From: Eledone cirrhosa
Lineage: Eukaryota
Reading direction: 5' to 3'
NCBI GenBank assembly: GCA_964016885.1
Contig: OZ024742.1
Location: forward strand, 367,474,001-367,538,000
Length of the DNA stretch: 64,000 bases
The notes under the pieces were generated by a model. The model saw nothing but the letters and a program-made list of their open reading frames with translations, was not told where the DNA came from and did not search any database. Position numbers and translations under genes: made by a program. Shown here piece after piece: positions 53,600 through 64,000 of the stretch. The first letter of the stretch is position 1, and each line of letters begins with the position of its first letter.

Positions 53600-54380
53600 A
53601 GTATATCTACCAACATATGCGTACAGATGTACACTAATGCTAGCAAATACATAAGTTATGTCATAGTACCTAGGTGGTTCAATGCAGGAGGATGCAGAAC
53701 AATAATATGAAAGACGTAAAATAAGAAAATTTTAAAAAAATTAAAAATTAACTTACTTACTAAAATTTTCACTCCAACTAATTAGTTTCTGTAATGGGAT
53801 AAAGATAGTTACGTAATATAACCATCGAGAATTCATTACGTCATCAGGGAGTCTATTCTCAGCTAAGTCTCCAGGCAATCCGCGGACACTGGGGACTCAT
53901 ATAAAAATAATAATAATTCGGTGGAAGGAACAGCTAGCGGGGACTGGATTCCATGCACTGAAGAAGTTCGCTGTCTCTGGTCAAATGGCAGATTCTAAAG
54001 AATCAATCACGTGACACTGAGGCTAGTCGGAAGGAGTGGGTTGGTAAGATGACAGAAGCCTACTACCACACAAATGAATTAGTAGTGGTTTTGGCAGGTT
54101 TGCTCAACAAATAAATAATTTGGAGATAAATATAGAGAATTTAGTATATCTACCAACATATGCGTACAGATGTACACTAATGCTAGCAAATACATAAGTT
54201 ATGTCATAGTACCTAGGTGGTTCAATGCAGGAGGATGCAGAACAATAATATGAAAGACGTAAAATAAGAAAATTTAAAAAAAATTAAAAATTAACTTACT
54301 TACTAAAATTTTCACTCCAACTAATTAGTTTCTGTAATGGGATAAAGATAGTTACGTAATATAACCATCGAGAATTCATT
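53597..54380 (-). repeat. ~245-bp direct repeats 541 bp apart (pLTR/retrozyme-like unit)
   Basis: 53597-53838 is repeated at 54138-54380; (TA)n flanks. Confidence 0.85.
53772..53851 (-). ncRNA. Type-I hammerhead, canonical core, extended stem II
   Basis: CUCC CUGAUGA C GUAAUG...CAUUAC A GAAA CUAAUUAG UU GGAG. Confidence 0.78.
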
Positions 54381-54543
54381 ATATATATACCGAATTCACA
54401 TATATGTGCTATTTATGTTTGTGTGTGTGTGTGTGTGTGTGTAGAACCCTCCTCCACTTACTCCTAATCGTGGTCATAGTAAGACTTTGTAATTTTGCAG
54501 CCCGGTGTTTGTTCTGTTTAATTTGTTCAACTATATATATATA

Positions 54544-54689
54544 CTAGCAAAATGGCCCGGCGTTGCTCGGGATTGGCTCTAGGGTTCTTATATATTTGAT
54601 ATATATTTATCCTTATCGATCCTCGTGAAATAAATACGTTTGTTTATATTTTGTTATTGTGTATGCAAAAATATCTGTACACGAATATA

Positions 54690-54739
<50 letters not shown>

Positions 54740-55447
54740 TAACATATTAAAGTTTAAGCAAAGAATCACTGCTTTCACCCTTAACGGGATCTTCTGAAAG
54801 TAAAAAAATCAATCTGTGAACGCAGAAAATGAATCGCTGCTTTCATCCTTAACGGAATCTTCTACCTAAAAGCAGTATGAAGTACACTAAGACTAACTGA
54901 TGTAATTGTTGACCTTGTTTGTTTATATTTTGTTTTTGTGTATGCAAAAATATTAAAATAACATATTAAAGTTTAAGCAAAGAATCGGTGCTTTCACCCT
55001 TAATGGGATCTTCTGAAACTAACATATCAATCTGTGAACGCAGATGTAAATATTTCGAAAAACGTTGCAACCGAAGGAAAACAGGAAAACGATACTTTGT
55101 TTCGTGAAGACGTTCCCTGGCATAAGAATATATATATATACACACACTATATATACATATACACACACACACACACACTGATCGCGTCATAATGAAATGC
55201 AGACATCAGGCATACAAACAGATATTATAAAGGCGCGACGTCATATCTATGTATCTATCTAAAAAGAGAAAGACTAAGAGAAAGAGAAAGAGATCGCTAA
55301 ATCGTCCAATGCGGTCTCTAGGGCATTGAAAATTTGAAATTATTTTTGCTCAAAACATGCACGGGACAATAAGTATTACATGTGTAAAGTTTGAAAAAAA
55401 CTCGGTTTTCTTTGTTTTCTTTGTTTTCTTTGTTTTATATATATAGA
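54544..55447 (-). mobile_element. Non-autonomous Helitron with captured Penelope pLTR/hammerhead fragments
   Basis: Minus strand starts TCTATATAT.. and ends with hairpin CCCGAGCAACGCCGGG, 8 nt, CTAG|T; internal CAGAAGA motifs at 54751-54801 and 54970-55020. Confidence 0.75.
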
Positions 55448-55600
55448 TATATATACATATATAAAATACAATTGGAGCGTTTAAGAAGTTGTTGTAGATA
55501 AACCTTCTTAAAGATTCCATATATATATATAGTTGAAAATGTACGAACAAAACACAAGAGGCATGTGTAAACAGTTATATAAGGTTCACGCTATATACCT

Positions 55601-55699
<99 letters not shown>

Positions 55700-56475
55700 T
55701 ACGCCTATGGACGCATTTACTTGCAACACTACAACAACTATATATATATACGTATATATATATATGTCTGAATATGAGAACAAACGTGCTGCGTGGTTGC
55801 AAATGGGTTGCATATGAATAAAATATATATATATATATATATTTATGTCGGGTCACTCTTGAGTGCTACTGGTAACATGTAACCCAGTACAACCTGTCGC
55901 ATGGTCGGGTTGTCGGCGACTAAACCGGGTACACTACCAAGTTTACTTGTGGAGGTTTGTGATTTTGGACACCCCGCACGACAAAAAACAAAACCTGACA
56001 AAGGGCAAAAGAACTCATAAGAGTCAATGGCCATCCAAAAGTGTGTAAATATGTATATACACATGTACATATGTATGTATATGTGTATATAGATGGGTGC
56101 ATGTGTATGTATATGCGCGGGGACATAGAAATAGTCGGGCTGGACACCCGATCGCGCAGTTAAACCACTGGGAGTGAAGGACCCTACCCTTTGTCAGGGC
56201 ATTCTTCTACGAGAAGGCAACTCAGGAAACTGGGATAACTCCGATATAAAACCTGCGGCTCAGTAATTACCGATGATGTTGATCTTTTCTTCTTTTCGGG
56301 TTATAGCTACTGTCGCTCAGAGACTGGGATTGGCTCAGTGCACAGTCTTTCCTCACTTTAAAAGATATCTTCACCCTCAGGCATTGCACGATAGAATTAA
56401 TTAATAATTATTAATAATGGTATATCGTGCAATGGCCATACTCGATAACGAGGAGGCAGCCATCATATATATATA

Positions 56476-56840
56476 TATCAAAATAAACATCCCAAGGCAT
56501 GGTATAAATTTCCGATCATTTTAATCACGACACATTAAGAGATAGATCGATCGTGCGGCCATGATCGATTGTCACTGACCTCGTCAGGTGAAAATGAATT
56601 GTCTTCAAATCCTTGATATGAGGGAGAAAATTTAACGATGTTCACTCACTAGAGTTTTGTCCCTCTTATGAGTGAACATCATTAAATTTTCTCCCTCCTA
56701 TCAAGGATTTGAAGACAATTCATTTTCACCTGACGAGATCAGTGATAATCGATCATGGCCGCACGATCGATCTACCTCTTATTGAAACATGTGTCGTGAT
56801 TGGAAATTTTTACCATGCCCTCGGATCTTTATTTTGATAC
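56476..56840. repeat. ~365-bp fold-back element
   Basis: 56476-56647 is an inverted repeat of 56669-56840. Confidence 0.85.
56726..56799 (+). ncRNA. Type-I hammerhead, canonical core
   Basis: UCAC CUGACGA [47 nt] GAAA CAUGUG UC GUGA; the opposite arm has lost its GAAA. Confidence 0.72.
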
Positions 56841-56963
56841 AAATACTCCGTTTTACATCATCTAGCTGTTCCCATAAATGGAATTGGAGATATACAAAAG
56901 CGTGGAGAACTTAATATGGCTAACAAAAGTTTATTGGACCGTATGACAACCAATAATACACCT

Positions 56964-57065
<102 letters not shown>

Positions 57066-57918
57066 CAGTAGTAGAAGATTAAGCAAGAATAGGAGAAAGA
57101 AATATAATGTGGAGTACAAGTGGAAGGAGTTAGTAGAGCTATAAGGGGCGGAGGAGCGATTTATCGGTGTTTTGTGTTACTAAGGACCTGTTCCAGGTAT
57201 TAGCTAAAGGTATGTTAGGTATTTGTGAGAACAACATATCTGGACAAGATTTTCATAGGAAATTATTGATACGGTGTTTGAGTCTTAGCCTTGGTTTTCA
57301 AGGTGGTGGCTTAAGAAGGTTCGGAGCTATTAAATAAGAATGGTTAGGAATGGGAAATAACAAATGGGGTTTGTGGTTCAACTGAAATATTATTGTGGTT
57401 TTAGTCGGCGAAGGACGATGGTTAGGAACTGATGGTTTAGGGCTTTCCTTGGAAACGTTTATTCTGTTTATATCCTTGTGGTTGGAAGCGTTAATACAAT
57501 ATTATCCAAAATGTTGAAGTCAGGTGAGTGTAGAATATCTTTAGAACCACGAGAGATACATGTGTCTTGGAAGAGATTGTCTAAGGCATGTATAGTTTGG
57601 CTTTCTTTGCATAGCGTAAGTATAAATAGCCGACTATGTAGGGAAACCTTATGACCTCACTGATTTCGACTTCCATATTTGTGGCTGTTCTTTCTACATG
57701 ATTGAGGCTTCCTCTCGTTTTATTGGCATGAATAATCGTAGTTGGTTGAGAGTGCAGTCTCATGTTTTCTGTTTAAAAGTCAAGGTTTTTCGTCGTGGGT
57801 GTTACAGGAGATGCAGCCAGTAAGATAAAAACATTGTCAATTGAGATAATGGCTTTCTTCAGTCTATTGTATATCTAGATGTTTATATTTATATATGTAA
57901 ATATAGTATGGTTTATTA

Positions 57919-57964
<46 letters not shown>

Positions 57965-57969
<5 letters not shown>

Positions 57970-58680
57970 ACACAAGTATCAAAGTTATGTTTAAAACATT
58001 TAATCGCTGACAATTGTTTCTTCCAAACCTAGGCTTAGAGTCCTCGGAGCATTATCAATGTTTGTACATATAATTATGTATATATAATTGTATATATAAT
58101 TGTATTTCATGTAATACCTTGCCATACAGTACTCATATATACATGATACATTTGCTTGTTCCATTCCTTTATATATGACTAACGCATGTACTATCTCTCT
58201 AATTTAATTATTAGACTATTCTCTTGTATTATCTGTATTATCTGACGCGTGTATTCCACCCTATACTTTTAATTTTTATTTTTATTTTAATCTTAATTTG
58301 AATTATTGTACAATTCTCGTATAATATAATATATGTCGCATCCATTCCACCCTGTAAACATGAAACTGTTGTCCACAACATCAATATATATGTATCTGTA
58401 TGATTCTTCAGTTGAATAAGAGGTTAATTATATGTACAAACATTGATAATGCTCCGAGGACTTCAAGCCTAGCTTTGGAAGAAACAATTGTCAGCGATTA
58501 AATGTTTTAAACATAACTTTGATACTTGTGTATTCTATATTACTGCTCTGTAAAACAACTGATGTTCTGACATTGAGCTATTTCTCTTACTGGTAATAAG
58601 GTAGTAATAAATTACTGACCTTCCCTGTTTATAGTTGTTTATAGTATAGTATAAACATAGCTATATATAGTATCTTTAAT
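57965..58680. repeat. Fold-back pLTR remnant with two U4C hammerheads (58006-58050 minus; 58451-58495 plus)
   Basis: GCU CCGAGGA .. GAAA CAAUUG UC AGC; homologous to 8140-8620. Confidence 0.75.
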
Positions 58681-58930
58681 ATTATATATATATATATATA
58701 GTTATTGTAAGGTTGCAATAAATGCGTCCGTAGGTGGAATGCCGTTTGAGCACTCGATGCTCGCGCAGAGCAGAGTATATTATTATAGAAACGTGGGATT
58801 TGTGGTTCAACTGAAATATTCGATAAAATAAAGTACCAGTAATGCACTGGATAATTGCTGGCCTTGTGCCAAAAGTAGCAACAATTATTATAGAAACGAG
58901 GAATCAGTGATGCATCAAAACATAATTATT

Positions 58931-59019
58931 AACATATTACATATGTTTCTCCGACGATCAGCTCAAGGTAAGATCTATAACAGACCTGACTCTGTATTCG
59001 CAAGATCCTCAGATATGTT
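58931..59019 (-). ncRNA. Type-I hammerhead, canonical core, ~55-nt stem II, within fold-back 58897-59119
   Basis: AACAUAU CUGAGGA ... GAAA CAUAUG UA AUAUGUU. Confidence 0.72.
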
Positions 59020-59121
59020 TAGCGTTTTCAAAACATTTCATCCGAATCGTATGAAATACTTTGAAAACGCTAAACAATATGTTAATAAATTGTGTTTTGA
59101 TGCATCACTGATTCCTCGTAA

Positions 59122-59182
<61 letters not shown>

Positions 59183-59237
59183 TGTGTGCGTGTGTGTGTG
59201 TGTGTCTGTCTGTCTGTGTGTGTGTGTGTCTATAAAT

Positions 59238-59390
59238 CGATCCCAATACTAGGCTGGTACTTTTTTATCGACCTTGAAAGGATGAAAGTCAAAATTGACG
59301 TCGGCTGGATTTGAACTCAGACTGCAGAGATTCACAACAAATACTACAGAACATTCTATCCGACCTTCCAACGATCCTGTCAATTTTCCG
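59238..59390 (-). mobile_element. Diverged tRNA-derived SINE
   Basis: CTGGTACTTTTTTATCGACC..GGATGAAAG..GGATTTGAACTCAG. Confidence 0.7.
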
Positions 59391-59446
59391 CCCTACATTC
59401 TTGCTTTTTCTCCTCTTTCTTTCAATTTCTTTCATTTCACGTTTTA

Positions 59447-59482
59447 TCTTCTGATGAAGGATTAGTGTTCGAAACGTTAAGA
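59447..59482 (+). ncRNA. Minimal type-I hammerhead
   Basis: UCUU CUGAUGA AGGAUUAGUGUUC GAAA CG UU AAGA. Confidence 0.7.
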
Positions 59483-59923
59483 CTCTTTTCCTACTTTATC
59501 AAGCGTTACACTAATATATATTTTCTTTGTACAGTATTGTTTGCTTCCATTGTGTGTAAATGTGAATGTGAATGTGAATGTGAGTGTGTGTGTATGATTG
59601 TGTGTGTGTGCGTGTGTGAATGTGTGAATGTGTGTGCGTGTGTGTGTGAATGTGAATGTGAGTATGTGTATCTCTGTATGTGTGTGTGTGTGTGTATGTG
59701 TGTGTCTCTGTGTGTGTATGTGTGTGTGTGTATGTGTGCGTGTGTGTGTGTTTGTGTGTGTGCATGAGAGTATATCTGTGTGTGTGTGTGCATGTGAGTA
59801 TATATCTCTATGTGTGTGTATAAGAACATAAGATGGAGAAAGGAATAAAAACCCCAGCAGAAATAAAGTAGAAGCCAATAAGTCAGCAAGTTAAATGTAT
59901 CCCAGTATTAAATATTTGCTTCT

Positions 59924-62900
59924 CTGGTCCTGTGTCAACTGGGGATCACTCATGGTCGAATGTTCGATTGGGAAACCAGCTGGTTTTATCTGGTCCTGTG
60001 TCAACTGGGGATCACTCATGGTCGAATGTTCGATTGGGAAACCAGCTGGTTTTATCTGGTCCTGTATCATTTGGTGATCACTAATGGTCGAATGTTCGAT
60101 TGGGAAACCAGCTGGTTTTATCTGGTCCTGTGTCATTTGGTGATCACTCATGGTCGAATGTTCGATTGGGAAACCAGCTGGTTTTATCTGGTCCTGTATC
60201 ATTTGGTGATCACTATTGGTCGAATGTTCGATTGGGAAACCAGCTGGTTTTATCTGGTCCTGTATCATTTGGTGATCACTCATGGTCGAATGTTCGATTG
60301 GGAAACCAGCTGGTTTTATCTGGTCCTGTATCATTTGGTGATCACTAATGGTCGAATGTTCGATTGGGAAACCAGCTGGTTTTATCTGGTCCTGTGTCAT
60401 TTGGTGATCACTCATGGTCGAATGTTCGATTGGGAAACCAGCTGGTTTTATCTGGTCCTGTATCATTTGGTGATCACTATTGGTCGAATGTTCGATTGGG
60501 AAACCAGCTGGTTTTATCTGGTCCTGTATCATTTGGTGATCACTCATGATCGAATGTTCGATTGGGAAACCAGCTGGTTTTATCTGGTCCTGTATCATTT
60601 GGTGATCACTCATGGTCGAATGTTCGATTGGGAAATCAGCTGGTTTTATCTGGTCCTGTATCATTTGGTGATCACTATTGGTCGAATGTTCGATTGGGAA
60701 ACCAGCTGGTTTTATCTGGTCCTGTATCATTTGGTGATCACTCATGGTCGAATGTTCGATTGGGAAACCAGCTGGTTTTATCTGGTTCTGTATCATTTGG
60801 TGATCACTCATGGTCGAATGTTCGATTGGAAAACCAGCTGGTTTTATCTGGTCCTGTATCATTTGGTGATCACTCATGGTCGAATGTTCGATTGGGAAAC
60901 CAGCTGGTTTTATCTGGGCCTGTGTCATTTGGTGATCACTAATGTTCGAATGTTCGATTGGGAAACAAGCTGGTTTTATCTGGTCCTGTATCATTTGGTG
61001 ATCACTCATGGTCGAATGTTCGATTGGGAAATCAGCTGGTTTTATCTGGTCCTGTATCATTTGGTGATCACTCATGGTCGAATGTTCGATTGGGAAATCA
61101 GCTGGTTTTATCTGGTCCTGTATCATTTGGTGATCACTCATGGTCGAATGTTCGATTGGGAAACCAGCTGGTTTTATCTGGTCCTGTATCATTTGGTAAT
61201 CACTCATGGTCGGATGTTCGATTGTGAAACAAGCTGGTTTTATCTGGTCCTGTATCATTTGGTGATCACTCATGGTCGAATGTTCGATTGGGAAATCAGC
61301 TGGTTTTATCTGGTCCTGTATCATTTGGTGATCACTCATGGTCGAATGTTCGATTGGGAAACAAGCTGGTTTTATCTGGTCCTGTATCATTTCGTGATCA
61401 CTCATGGTCGAATGTTCGATTGGGAAACCAGCTGGTTTTATCTGGTCCTGTATTTTTTGGTGATCACTCATGGTCGAATGTTCGATTCGGAAACCAGCTG
61501 GTTTTATCTGGACCTGTATCATTTGGTGATCACTCATAGTCGAATGTTCGATTGGGAAACCAGCTGGTTTTATCTGGTCCTGTATCATTTGGTGATCACT
61601 AATGGGCGAATGTTCGATTGGGAAACCAGCTGGTTTTATCTGGGCCTGTGTCATTTGGTGATCACTAATGGTCGAATTTTCGATTGGGAAACTAGCTGGT
61701 TTTATCTGGTCCTGTATCATTTGGTGATCACTCATGGTCGAAGGTTCGATTGGGAAACCATGCTGGTTTTATCTGGTCCTGTATCATTTGGTGTTCACTA
61801 ATGGTCGAATGTTCGATTGGGAAACCAGCTGGTTTTATCTGGTCCTGTATCATTTGGTGACCACTCATGGTCGAATGTTCGATTGGGAAACCAGCTGGTT
61901 TTATCTGGTCCTGTATCATTTGGTGATCACTAATGGGCGAATGTTCGATTGGGAAACCAGCTGGTTTTATCTGGTCCTGTATCATTTGGTGATCACTATT
62001 GGTCGAATGTTCGATTGGGAAACCAGCTGGTTTTATCTGGTCCTGTATCATTTGGTGACCACTAATGGTCGAATGTTCGATTGGGAAACCAGCTGGTTTT
62101 ATCTGGTCCTGATTCATTTGGTGATCACTCATGGTCGAATGTTCGATTGGGAAATCAGCTGGTTTTATCTGGTCCTGTATCATTTGGTGATCACTCATGG
62201 TCGAATGTTCGATTGGGAAACCAGCTGGTTTTATCTGGTCCTGTATCATTTGGTAATCACTCATGGTCGGATGTTCGATTGTGAAACAAGCTGGTTTTAT
62301 CTGGTCCTGTATCATTTGGTGATCACTCATGGTCGAATGTTCGATTGGGAAACCAGCTGGTTTTATCTGGTCCTGTATCATTTGGTGATCACTCATGGTC
62401 GAATGTTCGATTGGGAAACCAGCTGGTTTTATCTGGTCCTGTATCATTTGGTAATCACTCATGGTCGGATGTTCGATTGTGAAATCAGCTGGTTTTATCT
62501 GGTCCTGTATCATTTGGTGATCACTCATGGTCGAATGTTCGATTGGGAAATCAGCTGGTTTTATCTGGTCCTGTATCATTTGGTGATCACTCATGGTCGA
62601 ATGTTCGATTGGGAAACAAGCTGGTTTTATCTGGTCCTGTATCATTTCGTGATCACTCATGGTCGAATGTTCGATTGGGAAACCAGCTGGTTTTATCTGG
62701 TCCTGTATTTTTTGGTGATCACTCATGGTCGAATGTTCGATTCGGAAACCAGCTGGTTTTATCTGGACCTGTATCATTTGGTGATCACTCATGGTCGAAT
62801 GTTCGATTGGGAAACCAGCTGGTTTTATCTGGTCCTGTATCATTTGGTGATCACTAATGGTCGAATGTTCGATTGGGAAACCAGCTGGTTTTATCTGGTC

Positions 62901-64000
62901 CTGTATCATTTGGTGATCACTCATGGTCGAATGTTCGATTGGGAAACCAGCTGGTTTTATCTGGTCCTGATTCATTTGGTGATCACTCATGGTCGAATGT
63001 TCGATTGGGAAATCAGCTGGTTTTATCTGGTCCTGTATCATTTGGTGATCACTCATGGTCGAATGTTCGATTGGGAAATCAGCTGGTTTTATCTGGTCCT
63101 GTATCATTTGGTGATCACTCATGGTCGAAGGTTCGATTGGGAAACCATGCTGGTTTTATCTGGTCCTGTATCATTTGGTGTTCACTAATGGTCGAATGTT
63201 CGATTGGGAAACCAGCTGGTTTTATCTGGTCCTGTATCATTTGGTGACCACTCATGGTCGAATGTTCGATTGGGAAACCAGCTGGTTTTATCTGGTCCTG
63301 TATCATTTGGTGATCACTATTGGTCGAATGTTCGATTGGGAAACCAGCTGGTTTTATCTGGTCCTGTATCATTTGGTGATCACTCATGATCGAATGTTCG
63401 ATTGGGAAACCAGCTGGTTTTATCTGGTCCTGTATCATTTGGTGATCACTCATGGTCGAATGTTCGATTGGGAAATCAGCTGGTTTTATCTGGTCCTGTA
63501 TCATTTGGTGATCACTATTGGTCGAATGTTCGATTGGGAAACCAGCTGGTTTTATCTGGTCCTGTATCATTTGGTGATCACTCATGGTCGAATGTTCGAT
63601 TGGGAAACCAGCTGGTTTTATCTGGTTCTGTATCATTTGGTGATCACTCATGGTCGAATGTTCGATTGGAAAACCAGCTGGTTTTATCTGGTCCTGTATC
63701 ATTTGGTGATCACTCATGGTCGAATGTTCGATTGGGAAACCAGCTGGTTTTATCTGGGCCTGTGTCATTTGGTGATCACTAATGTTCGAATGTTCGATTG
63801 GGAAACAAGCTGGTTTTATCTGGTCCTGTATCATTTGGTGATCACTCATGGTCGAATGTTCGATTGGGAAATCAGCTGGTTTTATCTGGTCCTGTATCAT
63901 TTGGTGATCACTCATGGTCGAATGTTCGATTGGGAAATCAGCTGGTTTTATCTGGTCCTGTATCATTTGGTGATCACTCATGGTCGAATGTTCGATTGGG
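59924..64000. repeat. 66-bp tandem array (~61 units, continues past the window end)
   Basis: Unit GGTCGAATGTTCGATTGGGAAACCAGCTGGTTTTATCTGGTCCTGTATCATTTGGTGATCACTCAT; open as a 22-aa repeat on both strands. Confidence 0.97.

Noticed and set aside
55848-56460. Possible RTE 5' UTR-derived repeat
   Set aside because: Only weak resemblance (CTACGAGAAGGCAACTC); no second copy or ORF in the window to support it
57120-57880. Possible decayed PLE coding fragment on the minus strand
   Set aside because: No unambiguous RT or GIY-YIG motif could be read
59960-63188. + strand 613-aa and 484-aa hydrophobic repeat ORFs
   Set aside because: A by-product of a stop-free unit whose length is divisible by 3; no independent evidence of coding
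59924-64000. CRISPR-like array (palindromic repeats)
   Set aside because: No unique spacers, the whole 66-bp unit repeats, no cas genes, and the context is eukaryotic

Overview
Eukaryotic, AT-rich, almost entirely repeat-derived DNA with no recognisable host gene. The SINE/LINE/microsatellite make-up resembles an octopus (coleoid cephalopod) genome, which is an inference. Contents: two decayed R4/Dong-type RLE retrotransposons in (TAA)n tracts; three Penelope-like elements (two Naiad-type, one Neptune-like) with inverted or direct pseudo-LTRs; a 12-kb head-to-tail stack of Tx1-clade LINEs separated by (GATA)n; RTE and CRE fragments; Helitron remnants; many tRNA-derived SINEs; microsatellites; and a >4-kb 66-bp tandem array running off the window end. 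The least obvious layer, read by eye, is a dense set of type-I hammerhead-ribozyme motifs: about 16 unrelated sequence families and more than 25 copies. They include U3-A8, U4C and U4A core variants, stem-II domains of 45-100 nt, tandem retrozyme-like arrangements, and one family carried inside a non-autonomous Helitron. Nearly all other ORFs in the track are microsatellite or antisense artefacts.
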